Source of the DNA: Zygnema circumcarinatum SAG 698-1b
Taxonomy: Eukaryota > Plantae > Zygnematophyceae
Direction of reading: 5' to 3'
DNA length: 64,000 nucleotides
Assembly (NCBI GenBank): GCA_037447605.1
Contig: CM074818.1
Span: 880,617-944,616, forward strand
Position numbers and translations under genes: made by a program. The notes beneath the pieces were generated by a model. That model searched no databases, was not told the DNA's origin, and saw nothing but the letters and a program-made list of their open reading frames with translations. Shown piece by piece: positions 13,901 to 39,543 of this stretch. The stretch's first letter is position 1. Every line of letters begins with the position of its first letter.

Positions 13901-16282
13901 AAGAGAGGGTAACATGGGCCACCAACAAATTGTTCATGCACAACTTGTTTACATGAGAACTACAAGCTATGGGCTATTTTTGGACTCACTTTCGCATGCG
14001 AGCAAAAAATCGGGCTCGTTCCGTTACTCCGATGGCTCCTCGAGCATCTAAAATGTTGAAAATGTGAGATGTTTTCAAAACGTTATCGTACCTGCAGCCC
14101 TCTCCCACTCCCTCTCTCCCATCAGCCCTCTCCCTCTCCCTGTCCCTCTCCCACTCCCTCTCCCTCTCCATCTCCCTCTCCCTCTCCCACTCCCTCTCTC
14201 CCATCAGGCCACTCTCCACCGCCTGCAGCATCAAACCTCTCCGCTTCAGAATTGAAATCAGAAAAAAAAAAAACCATGTCCAAAAGGAGCCTTCCAAGAA
14301 AGAAGAATTTTTTGTTGAGTCTGTCTCTTGCAGGAAAGCCCAACCTTTTAAGTTTCCGGGGACAAAATTTTTAAAGGGTTCAGGGTTCAGATTTTAGATT
14401 TAGAGCATTAAGAGGCCTACGCAGGAATCGGTAAACCCTTTTCGAGCATGGAACGGGCCTCCGCATCATATAACTCGAATCTCTGCTTTGCACGTGCCAC
14501 GTCAGCATGCTCCAAATTGAAAGCACTCATCTCCTTCTCATTCTCGAGGAAGAGCTCTCCATATGTTATTCCGGGGGCGTAGATTATGTCTTTGAAGTGG
14601 TTCACGCCCTGCAGGAAAAGCAGTTCACATGTGTCAGTTTCAGTTGCAGTTTCAGTTTCAGTTTCAGTTTCAGTTCCAGTTTCAGTTCAGGCTGCATCAG
14701 TTTCAGATGCGGAGGGGTTGTCATTTCAATCGCATCGAAATTTCAAAAAAAAAAAAAAAAAAAAGATTTAAAATTTCGGTTTCCGTTAAAGTCCCACTTG
14801 AATTTCCTTAAAAAAACTAAAACCTTCTGCAAATTGGGCCGCGCGAAACGAGTACTTTCATGGACCCTATGTTTTGAAAAAGCTTTAGCCGGGAAGCCGC
14901 CGAACATTGACAGAAATCCCCCAAAAACGTGGCGAAAATAGCTCCCTACTTGTGGGGCTTCCCCATTGCTTCTATTCTTGTTTGATTTTAAAAGTTTGAA
15001 GGGTTTTTAGGGGTTTTAGAGTTTTTAGGCATTCGACATCTTCCAGCGAGTGCATTATTAGGGTTTTTAGGGGTTTTAGGGTTTTTAGGGTTCCACCTGC
15101 AGCGCCATTATGATGCGCTCAAGGCCGTACGTGATCTCCACCGACACCGGCGATAAGGGCATGCTGCCTGCCTGCCCCCCTCCATGGAAAGCCCCCACTG
15201 TCAACAACAGCAACCACTCCTCTCCCACTCCCACTCTCTCTCCCATTCCCATACCCAACTCGATCCAACCCATCATCCCCCTCAGACTCACACGTTAAAC
15301 CCACTCCCCCTCCCACCCTCACCACTCCCTTTCCTCCACCTCTCCTCTACCTACCCCCGCTCTCCCGCACTCAACCCATGGCCCACCCGCCCGCCCTCCC
15401 TCCCTCCCTCCCCTCCCTCCCCTCCCCTCCCTCCTTACCCTCCCTCCCCTCCCTCCCCTCCCTCCCCTCCCTCCCCTCCCTACCCTCCCTCCTCCCTCCC
15501 TCCCTCCCCTCCCTCCCTCCCTCCCCTCCCTCCCCTCCCCTCCTCCTCCCTCCCTCCCTCCATCTCTCCCTCCCCTCCCCTCCTCCCTCCCTCCTCCCTC
15601 CCTCCCTCTCCCTCCCTCCCTCTCCCTCCCTCCCACCCTCCCTCCCTCCCTCCCTCTCCCCCCTCCCCCCTCCCCCTCCCTCCCTCCCTCCCTCCCCTCC
15701 CCTCCCTCCCTCCCTCCTCCCTCCCTCCCTCCCTCCTCCCTCCTCCCTCCCCCTCCCCTCCCCTCCTCCCTCCCTCCCCTCCCCTCCCTCCCTCCCCTCC
15801 CCTCCCCCCCCTCCCCCTCCCTCCCTCACCCCCCCTCCCCTCCTCCCTCCCTCCCCTCCCCCCTCCCTCCCTCACCCCCCCTCCCTCCCTCCCCTCCCCA
15901 CCCCTCCCCTCCCCTCCCCACCCCTCCCCTCCCCTCCCTCCCTCCCCTCCCTCCCCTCCCCTCCCTCCCTCCCCTCCCCACCCCTCCCTCCCCTCCCTCC
16001 CTCCCCTCCCTCCCCTCCCTTCCCTCCCTCCCACCTGCTGGAAGTACGTGAACTGCGCTATCTCCATCCCGTCCAGCCAGACCTCCCACCCCAGCCCCCA
16101 CGCCCCCAGCGCGGGGCTCTCCCAGTCGTCCTCCACAAACCGCAGATCGCGCTCCGCCGCGCGCGCGCCCAAAGCGGCCAAACTGCCGAGGAACAGCTCC
16201 TGGGCGTTGCCGGGCTCGGGCTTCAGGATCACCTGTTAGGAGACAGGGGAGGGGGTGGGATTTAGGGTTGGGGTTTTGGGGT

Positions 16283-16314
<32 letters not shown>

Positions 16315-18811
16315 GGTTTAGGGTTTAGGGTTGAGGGTTTAGGGTTTAGGGTTGAGGGTTAAGGGTTGAGGGTTTAGGGTTTAGGGTTTAGGGTTGAGGG
16401 TTTAGGGTTTAGGGTTGAGGGTTTAGGGTTTCGGGTTTCGGATTTAGGGTTTAGGGTGGAGGGAGGTGAGGTGGGGCCCCAGGGGGGGAGGAGAAGGGAA
16501 GAGGGAATTAGGGCTTAGGATTTAGGGGTGGGGGGTCCCAGTTGGGAGGTGGGTTGAGTTAGAAAGATGTTGCGGTTTGGGGCATAAGGGGGGTGGGGGT
16601 TTAACGCGCTTCTGGAAAGACGGGGTTCGTGAGTTTGGTTTCGGAGATGGGAATAGACAGCGACATGTCGGTCAAAAGAGACATTTTTTAATAGGAGAGT
16701 AAAGATGGGCCATCCCCCCTCGCCCCTCCCCTCTCCCCTTCTCCACCCCTCCTCTCTCCTCCTCCCTCTCCCCCCTCCCCCTCCCCTCCCCTCCCCCTCC
16801 CCCTCCCCCTCCCCCTCCCCCTCCCCCTCCCCCACCCCCTCCCCCTCCCCCTCCCCCTCCCCCTCCCCCCCTCCCCCTCCCCACCCTCCCCCTCCCCCTC
16901 CCCCCTCCCCTCCTCCCTCCCCTCCCCCTCCCCCTCCGCCCTCCTCCCCTCCCCACCCCCTCCCCCTCCCCCTCCCCCTCCCCATCCCTCCCCTCCCTCC
17001 CTCCCTCCCTCCCTCCCTCCCTCCCTGTCCACCTGGAACTGCGTGTGCCGCTGCACGCGGTTGGGGTTCTCCCCGTAGCGGCTGTCGTCCGGCCGCACGC
17101 TCGGCTCCGCGTAGGCGACGCGCCACGGCTCGGGCCCCAGCACGCGCAGAAAGGTGGCCGGGTTCATTGTACCGGCGCCGACCTCCGTGTTGCTCGCCTG
17201 CAGGAGGGCGCACCCCGCCTTCGCCCAAAAGGCCTGCACAGCCGCAACCCTTGGCTGGTTGGTTCACATCACTTCCTGCCGCTCCCTCTCCCTCTTCCTC
17301 TCCTTCCCCTCCCGCTTGTGTCCCCTCTCCATCTCCCTCTCCCTCTCCCCTCTCCCTCTCGCCTCTCCCGTCTTCCCTCTCTCCTCGCTAACCTCTCGCC
17401 TCTCCCCTCTCCCCTTTCCCCACCCCCCTACCGCTCCCACCGCTCCCCATCCGTCTCCCACACTACTCTCCCTCCCCTCTCCCTCTCCTTTTCCCAAGCC
17501 CTTTCCCATTTCCGTTATCACTCGCTGCCGTGTTTTCTCTCCTCTTTCCCCTCGCCCCCCTCCCTTCTCCCTCTCCATCTCCCTCTCTCACTCCCTTTTC
17601 CTCTGGATGTCGTTCTCCCTCGCCCCTCTCCTTTCGCCTCCCTCTCTCGCTCCTCTCCCTCTCCCTCAAACGTCCTCTCCCAATACCCTCCCGCACTCTT
17701 CCATTATCCACACATTCCCTCAAGTCTCTCGCTATCGCTCTCCCTTAACGCTACCCCTACCTCTTGTCTCTCCCTACGTTCGTCGTATCATCAAACTTCC
17801 TCAAAATACGAAAACATAAGAACAATTTCAAAAGCAGCGATCCTCCTGGTATGTGTAAACACTAAAGGTTTGGGAAAGTTCCATGGTTTGTGGTTTGAGA
17901 AAAAATAAAAAAAAAGGTTAATAAGGGAGTAATGTATGTATTAAATTTGAAGGTTAATTTGCTAAATTTTAGTACAATTCGAGGTTATGCTTACGCTTTG
18001 AAGCAGTAAAAAAAAAAAAAAAACAAAACATTGATCCCACTGTTACAAATGCCACTTTGAAGATAAAAATTAAGAAAATACAAAAGTCCCGAGAGACGGT
18101 AGACCCCTCTGCCCCCTTCAACATGCCACGTGGCACCACCTGCAGCCGTTGAATCGCTTCCTGGAAAGTCGGAACATCTCCCTCAGAATGCATCGCAGCC
18201 GTCGGCTCTCCCTCCTCGGCCGCCTGAACCCTCTCCCCCGCTCCAAGCCCATTGCTGCCTACCTCTCCCTCTCCCTCACTCACTCTCTCCCGCTGCTGGG
18301 GCTCTCCCTCCACCACTGTGCTGCTGCCAGCTGGCACAGCCTGACTGCCGCAACGCGCGCCACGTGGCAGCAAACCATTGGCCCGAAAAGATGCCTTCAA
18401 GCCAATGCGAGAGGGGAGGGAGAGAGAGAGGGAGAGAGAGAGAGAGAGAGTGGGAGCACTTATGGAGCGGGTGGGAGAGAGGGAGTGAGAGGGAAGGAGG
18501 GAGGAGGAGGAGGACGCGGCCATGGCGCCACGTGGAGTGTGGGGAATGGCGCAGAGGGGAAGTTGGGGCTGCTGGGGTCGTGCCACGTGGCACCCACTGA
18601 GGGTTTTGAGTGACAGGTGGCGCGCTAGGAGGAGGCGAGGCGCCGCCGCACGTGTGAGGGGGCCCATGGCGGCCGGGCCCGGCGAGCGTGCCACGTGGCA
18701 CGAGCTGGAGAGGATAGCTGTCCCCGCTCTCATGGCGCCACGTGGCGGGCTGCGGGGGGACGAGCTCGGGCGGAGAGAGGAGGAGAGGCCGCTGGAGGGC
18801 GCCATGGCCAT
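5324..18811 (-). CDS. EDD1: Organellar glycine--tRNA ligase, bacterial-type alpha/beta fusion with N-terminal targeting extension (about 24 exons)
   Basis: Alpha-subunit motifs [71 protein letters not shown]; beta-subunit motifs [60 protein letters not shown]; C-terminus DLSQLPGF* (stop 5324-5326). The start codon is uncertain because there are several in-frame ATGs. Confidence 0.95.
7260..7575 (+). repeat. Degenerate telomere-like array (TTAGGG/TTTAGGG/TTCAGGG) in a GlyRS intron
   Basis: Runs of tagggttt, tagggtt and cagggtt next to the acceptor at ~7228. Confidence 0.8.
8796..9416 (+). repeat. Near-perfect interstitial (CCCTAA)n telomere-type array, about 100 units, inside a GlyRS intron
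   Basis: Continuous CCCTAA hexamers with interspersed CCCCTA variants, flanked by in-frame GlyRS exons on both sides. Confidence 0.97.
10288..10666. repeat. Alternating purine-pyrimidine (ATGC/ATGT) microsatellite, two blocks, intronic
   Basis: Repeated catgcatg/tgtatgca at 10288-10395 and 10463-10666. Confidence 0.85.
12440..12600 (+). repeat. Degenerate CCCTAA/CCCTAAA array in a GlyRS intron
   Basis: accctaaacc/ctaacccc repeats next to the donor at ~12626. Confidence 0.85.
15390..16032 (+). repeat. (CCCT/CCCCT)n polypyrimidine tract; G-rich on the GlyRS transcript strand
   Basis: About 640 bp almost only of C and T. Confidence 0.9.
16260..16460 (+). repeat. TTTAGGG/TTGAGGG heptamer array in a GlyRS intron
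   Basis: gggttga/gggttta tandem units next to the acceptor at ~16233. Confidence 0.85.
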
Positions 18812-18832
18812 GGCTCCTTTCTCAAAGGTCGG

Positions 18833-18885
18833 CCAATAAAAGCTTGCCACGTGTACAAAATGATTACGTGGCAGGTCACGATTGG
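18833..18885. promoter_or_regulatory. Head-to-head pair of CCAAT-N9-CCACG elements between the divergent GlyRS and RPT1 genes
   Basis: CCAAT 18833-37 + CCACG 18847-51; CGTGG 18867-71 + ATTGG 18881-85. Function is inferred only. Confidence 0.6.
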
Positions 18886-19305
18886 GCAAATCCTCGGGAT
18901 AAAAAGTTCAGGCTCCGGTGGCGTTGCTGTTTCTGTTCTTTGCAGTTCAGTCACAGTTTTGGGTCGCGGCGGCAATAAGTTCCGTGTATATGATATGTTC
19001 GCTGTGACAGTTCCGTAGAATGACAATTTCCATGTAGTCAACGTGACAATGTCACGGGGTCGAAATTATTTGTAAATAACCACAATTTTGGTCTCAACCC
19101 TCTCTCTCTCTCTCCCAACCCTCCTGGTTCCCTCGCCCTGTCCTCTCCCTCTCCACTCAAACGCGCTCTATCTCACTTCTCACTCTCTCGCCTCTCGCTT
19201 TCCTCTCTTTCCTGCTCTACCTCCCTCCGTTGTTTCCCCCTTTTTGTATCTCTTGCTCTCTCTCTCTCCCTCTATCTCTCTCTCTTCTCTCTCCCTCTCA
19301 GAGCC

Positions 19306-25824
<6,519 letters not shown>

Positions 25825-26719
25825 CGGAGTAACTGACAGGGCACAGCGTTGGTGTACAGTTCGACGGTGTTGTGGGGGACATGGAACAAACGCCGCCGGG
25901 GTGGATCTGTGGTAGATTGGGGCATTTGGGGAGGGTTAAAACGATTCAAAAAATAGGATGTAAGGAATTGAATTGAATGGAAGTTAATGGATTCAAGGCA
26001 CGCCGTTCTGTATTGTGTTCCTGCGAAAAAACTGGAAGTGGAACTGGAATTGAAACTGCCTCTGAAACTGAGGAAAGTTGGCTTGGCGCACATAGTACGC
26101 CAACAAAAAAAAAACGGCCAATGGGCCAATGGCAGGCCGTACAGCTGCCGGATGCCGTACAATCGGGTGTGCTTGTATTGGCATATCGCCGGCCGTTTCG
26201 AGCTGGCTGGCTGCCGTCCTTGCCTGCTTGTGTGACTATACGGACTGGCAGTGATGTCACGCGAGTGCGTGCGCTCCACCATAGGGAGAGGCCTCGTGTC
26301 GTTGGATGACGTCACCGGGTTTCCAGTTTCTCCCCAACGTTGCAAACCCATCCGACTCATGACGTCAGGACATGTCAGGATGCGGCCCACTTTGCTGGCG
26401 TAAACTCGCGCGTGCGGACGGTTGAAGTCCAACAGTTGAAAGGGTTCTTGGAGTTTTCAGGGTTTAACCCAAAAAACCCTAAAAACCCATTTCCGGGGTT
26501 GCAAAGTTTCCGCCGCTGTTTGCAACTCTATCTCAAATAGAAAAAAAAAAAAAATTGGACCCCAGTTGTAATTATTAAGATACCGTTCAGCTCGGCCGGT
26601 ATCGCCTGTATCGGAATATCGAGCGTATCGGCCGTCAATTTCGGTCCCTTCCGTACAGCTTAAGACCAACGAGTGCGAGAGAAGGGGCCATACATTGAAG
26701 ATTTTGTTTTGAAATGAGG

Positions 26720-26770
26720 CCAATCAGAAATTGCCACGTGATATTATTACGCATGGTAGACTGTGATTGG
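26720..26770. promoter_or_regulatory. CCAAT-N9-CCACG dyad (second half CATGG-N9-ATTGG)
   Basis: CCAAT 26720-24, CCACG 26734-38, CATGG 26752-56, ATTGG 26766-70. Confidence 0.5.
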
Positions 26771-28123
26771 TTAGATGACGTAGATCGTGCCATTAGATAC
26801 GACGAGTCTCTGAAGTCCTTCAAAGATTCGGTCTCGACCAATGGGAAGCGAGACCCAGATTCATCACACTTGGCAATGTCGCCTGGTGGCCGGATGGTGC
26901 CTGCCAGGGCTTCTTATTTGTCGTTTTGTACCGCCAGGGAATGGAGCCGCCGGATGACGCCACGTGGCGGCAACACGCTGCGCCGAAACGGCTTCCACAC
27001 GTGCGGTTGTGGCAGTTTTGTCGGGAAGCGGTTACGGTATTGTCCAACTATACCGTACCCGCTTTCCGACAAACCCGTACGGGATTCGAAAAGACCCGAA
27101 CTAGAGCCCTAAGTGCAAGATATGCATTTCTTTTATTTTTTTGTTTTTTAAAATTTCAACAAGCAGCCGAGCGAGCAAGAGGGTTGCAATTATTTACAAT
27201 TTTTGTGCAATCAAGACACGAAAATCTGCCCGAAAGACAAATCCTTTATACCAAGACGACAAAAACCGTTGACAATTTATAAATCAGCAAAGGACCTCTC
27301 CATGTGTGTCACAGATTCGTTGACTTCATATTTGTCGATACTATAATTTCAATGTCCTTTTCTGCCGCCCGTTGCCTTCCGAATCCCGTACGGCTCCAGG
27401 TCGATCCAGCTGTCCGTACCGCCTCCCTTTGTACGGTGCTACGTACGAAAAAAACGAATTTCCGGCTAAAGCGTCGGCGGCACGTCAAGCCAAAAGTGCC
27501 CTACAGCTCAAGGTGATGTCATGATGATGCCAGGCCATGTAACGTCACGTAGCCGCCTCCGTTTGCCGCTCCGTACAATGGCGGCGTCGCGAAGTGCCGC
27601 CGAGTGACTGAGGGAGAGGGAGAGGGATAGGAAGAGGGGGAAAAAGAGAGGGAGAGGGACGGACGGAGAGGACGAGAGAGACGGAGAGGGGGAGTTAGAG
27701 GGAGAGGGAGAGAGCTAAAGGAAGAGGGAGAAAGAGGGAGAGGGAGAGAGAGAGGGAGAGGGACAGGTATAGGGAGAGGGAGAGGGAGAGATAGAGGAAG
27801 AGGGAGAGGGAGAGGAATAGGAGAGGGAGAGGTAGAGGGTGAGGGAGAGGGAGAGAGAGGTAAAGGGAGAGGGAGGTAGAGAGAGAGGGATAAGGAGAGG
27901 GAGAGGGAGAGGGAGAGGGAGAGGTAGAGGGAGAGGGAGAGGCATAGGAGAGGGAGAGTTAGAGGGTGAGGGAGAGGGAGAGAGAGGTAAAGGGAGAGGG
28001 AGAAAAAAGGATATAAAAATAGTGAAAGATCTTTCAATTAAGTGAAAGGGTGAGTGAGAGGCAGCAGAGAGAGAGGCAGAAAGGTATTCGGATAAAGGCT
28101 GTTTGAGAGGGAGACTTAGAACT

Positions 28124-28158
<35 letters not shown>

Positions 28159-28162
28159 GGCA

Positions 28163-28770
28163 ATGCAGCACGTGGGGTTGGGAGCTAAGGCCGAGAGGTA
28201 CAGAGCCAACAGCGCCATGGACCCTCCTCCGTGCGAGAGGGAGGCGACACGTGGCAGCGCGAGGAGGACGAAGAGCGTTTGGCGCGAGGAGGAGACGGAG
28301 GCCCTCCGGCGGCTCATTTGGGGGAGGGCGGGGGAGAGGGGAAGCTTCGGGGAAGGCGCGGAGGGAGAGGGAGAGGGAGAGAGGGAAGGGAGGGGAGCTT
28401 CAAGGCGCCATAGCGAGGTATGTTGCGGTGTGCGTATGTTGGGAGGGGAGTTATGTTGGGGGGTTGGATGATGTCATGTTGTTCAACATGGGCATGCTCT
28501 ATGGGTGTGGGCTTGAAGGATGGCATGGGTAGTCATGCATGGGATGGTGAAGGACGCAAAAAGAGGGAGAATTAGTGAGAGGGCGAGGAGGTGTGATAGA
28601 GCGAGGGGTATGATGGCGATTTGGAATTGCGTTAGAGAATGAAGGGAGAGAGACAGAGAGCACTGTTGTGCGAATATTTCTTTTTTTTTCTTTTTTCTAA
28701 GAAAAAAAAATTCCCAGAAGCCCCAAGCCTTGGACCCTGAACTTCAACCCTGTCCTTCTCCTCTCTCTCA

Positions 28771-28815
<45 letters not shown>

Positions 28816-30080
28816 ATCGCTTGCAGAAGCACAGACCCCTCGCTCGCTCTGAAGCTCTTGGAGAGGTCCCAAACGCTATTGGGCCGGTAATGGCGCTTGA
28901 AGTACCGCCCGGCGGCCCTCCTCCTCGCCGTCCTCGGACCTCCTCTTCGAGTCCATGGCGGCCCCACGCCTCTCTAAACCCCACATACTCTAAAACCCCC
29001 ATGGACCCTCTGGGGGCGGCTCTCAGCCCCTTGAGCTCTCTGAAGAGGAGGTGGGAGTTTACGGACAAACTGGCAAGCGTTAGTGGCAACGGAACTGAGG
29101 GCAGAGATCCCAAGTACGCCCGGCCGGCGTACTCAGACCCTGGGCCAAAGCAGGGCTTTGAGAGCAGAGCTTGGACGGAGAGTGGGAGCTGGATAGGCCT
29201 TGATGAGGTAGTGGGGGGCCATGGCTCCCTCCTTACCTCCTCCTCCTCCTCCATTTCTGGAGTATCTCAACCTCAACCTCCGTTGGAATCGCATCGATCG
29301 CTTCCGATTTCCTCTACTCCCTTCTCATATACGTGTACTCCCACTCCCACTGTCTCTCTCACTGGCCTTCCAACTTGTACTCCCACTCCTACTCCCTCTG
29401 CACCATTGCCAGGACTTCCAACTTCCCGAACGATTCTAAAAAGTCAATCTTTGGGAGCCTCTCCCACAGCCTCCCTCTCCTCCATCTTTACTGGGAGCTG
29501 CCGTTCTGAGCTCCCCTCTATCGCAGCCCCCCCAGCTTCCTTACAAGCACTTCCAGGAGCTCCGAGCCATGGCGGAAAGCAGGAGAAGAAGAAGTCGCTA
29601 CTTTCATACCTGAGAGCGTCCTGGCCTACCCTTAGAAAGGAGGGGACTACCGCAAGGCACTGCCGGGGTTCAGAGAAGGGTTTAGAGGGGGGGGGGGTGG
29701 CGAGAAATCTCTTCTGCGTGGAGGATGAAATCACAGGCCTTGAAGAAAATGTACGTTTAGAGTTGGCTGATATTCAGAGAATTTTCTCTGAAGAGGTGGA
29801 GCCGCAGCTGCAACCTGCGGCAAGCGGATCGACGGATAATTTTGCGAAGTGTTTAATGGGTTATGAAACTGCGCAGCATGTGGAGAGGAGGGAGGGTTTC
29901 CGGCCGGATCTATTGCTGGAAGGAGCTGAGGCAGCGTGGGAGGAGAGAGGGAGGTACAGTTTGGCGGAGCTTTTGGCGGAAGTTATGGCGGACGGGACGT
30001 GTGCAGAGTCGGAGGCTGTGAGCGATCTTGAGTTGGAGGTGCCCTTGTGGCTTCCCTCAGCAGATACAATAATGGGTTGA
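28163..30080 (+). CDS. Uncharacterised Ser/Pro/Thr-rich protein with acidic C-terminus, 2 exons (28163-28417, 28827-30080), about 500 aa
   Basis: A 419-codon non-repetitive ORF preceded by a CT tract and ttgcag acceptor. An upstream ATG exon ends GAG|gtatgt in phase 0, matching the acceptor. No family recognised. Confidence 0.65.
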
Positions 30081-30966
30081 AGGGTTGCTGGTGGGCTTAT
30101 CAAGTTTAGGAGTACCTTAATGCGTTGGATTAAAGGTTGACTTTTGTTACATTTAGAGTTCACAGTTTTGGAGTACAATAGGGGGGTGTAAGCTTCTTCA
30201 TAAATGAGTTAATTGATGGAGAACTAAGGAAATGAATGACTTAATGACTTAGAAAGACAAAGGAAGTTGTAGAGGCAGTGCAGGCCTTGAAGCATGGTTC
30301 AAAATACAGAGGGAACACCGTTTCGTGGGCCTTGCAGGCATGCCTATATGTCCAAACCAAATGATTAAGAATTTGCTTTCTTTGGTTCCCTTCCCCTCTT
30401 CCTCAACTTTTATTTTCGTTTTCTCCACTCTCTACAATTCCCTCGTCCCACTCCCTCTCTTCCCTCTCCCTTTCCACGTCAGTGGGATGGGAAATATATG
30501 TTTGGTGATTTTCTATGCTTCTTTGATTTGACCATGAAGTGGGAATGGTGAGAGAGATATGGAATAAGGTAGAAAAGAATATGCGAGAGAGAGTGAGAGA
30601 GAGGGAGGGAAGGTGAAAGGCGCACATCGGTGGACACCACAAGTGGGGAGAGCACGCTCGTCACGACTCCCAACATCATGATAAACTTCATCTTGTTTTG
30701 GCACAAACTCTGCCCAATACCTTCAACATGAATCCCTTTTTTATCTCCCACGGTGTCGCCTCGATTCAATGAAGGAATTAAACTAATTAATTAATTATTA
30801 ATTTCCCAAATTGACCCGAACCAAACCGAACACCCAAGTGAGAGGACACATAGGAGAACGCAAGCGATCAACGAGAGGCTTACTTCAAAATTGAGAAAAC
30901 ATCGTTCACACATACAGACCTCCCCACGCCCTTCAATATGGAAACCACTCACTAGATATTTCACTA

Positions 30967-38107
<7,141 letters not shown>

Positions 38108-39543
38108 GGCACGGAGCTCTGATCCCTTTCAGCGGATTATGAAAATTTACCGCATGGAAACTCCGTTTCGCCACCTCGGCCACGCGGCCATGGCTGCCAT
38201 GCAAGGAGGAGGCGGAGCTCTTAGACAACGTGCGCATTTTAGGGTTCTCTGAGACGCCATGGAATACCTTGAACGAGATTAGGGTTTTTGGGGCATTTGG
38301 GTTCAGTGCTCGAGGTGCGGCTCGAGCCTAACAATGGCCTCAGAGGGGCCTCTCTTCATCAAGTGAAAGAGAGAGAGAGAAAGAGAGAGAGAGAGGGGGG
38401 GAGGGGGAGAGGGGGGATGCATGGAGAAGGTCCACGTGGCAGGCTCTATCCGGCTCCAGACTTCCTGGAAAAAGGGTACGCTTGCGACGTGGCGATTAGG
38501 CATTTGCGACGAGGCTCGGGCCGAAGCAGGCGAGGTCCGGCGGAGGCTCGGGCTCAAAACGCTTCAACCTCGTTCCCATGAGAACAAAAAACGGAACGAC
38601 GAGCATAGATCGGCCTTCACAAAAGACAAAATTCAGGAAGCGCCCTGAGACCCAAAATTGGCTAAAATGTGACCAAGTCGCTGCATTTGTTATGAAGTAA
38701 AATGGCTAGTCAGACGGTTAGTCATTTTAGCCACTATCGCATTCACGACCTCTCGGCCCCTTTCTGTCCAGGCAGACAGCTGTCAATTCTTTTTTTTTTC
38801 TGAGACCCAATTTTGCGCAAGCACTGAAGTCTATGCTTTCAGAATTAAAATCTTAAGCATAGATCGTCGTATCACATTTACTCATCCTGCAAAGAGAGTT
38901 ACTTTTTTTTTTTTCTTTAGTATAAGAAACCGCGAGCAAGGCAAAGCTCCATCAGCTCACAGCGCAGTTTTTAGAAAAGGAATGTGAGGATCTCATGTCA
39001 TTTCAAGTAGAAAGCCATGCATGGCATGACATGGCATGGACCCATCATCGTGACAGCCTCTCTTCATCTCCTCATCACTTGCCTCCTAAAGCTACGACCC
39101 TCGCTAGTCCAATGAGCCCACCCTGCACCCTCATGCAAAGCTAAACCGGAGTCAAATCCGAGCCGAATCCGAGCCGAACTCGAAGCCTTCCCTTGCAGCC
39201 CCGGACAATAATCTACCCCCTCCTTGATTGCCGTACAAACAGTCGTCAGGATACAGCGGGCCTCCGCCCACCTATCGTACAAAAGAGTACACTCGCCCTC
39301 GCCAACCCATGCCATGTCATGTCATGGCATGGAACCATGAGAATGGCTTGACATGACCCATAGTGCTCCCACAGGGCGTTCATGGTCTGATTGCAGCCAC
39401 AATTTCAAATACATGAATCATAAAGCGCTGGGACATCATCCCCCACTCCACGTTTCTGATAGCTCTCCCCCGCTCGAAATCACTCTCTCTCCCTCTCCTC
39501 CCTGCTTCCCCTCCTCCTCTCCTTCATCCTCTCTCCTTCTCCT

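Noticed and set aside
18833-18885. Labelling neighbouring genes as unfolded-protein-response targets
   Set aside because: The motif is too widespread here and the genes are not ER-folding factors; motif match alone is insufficient.
29690-29800. KRP/p27-type CDK inhibitor call from RNLF
   Set aside because: The downstream KYNFDF/GRYEW CDI motif is absent.
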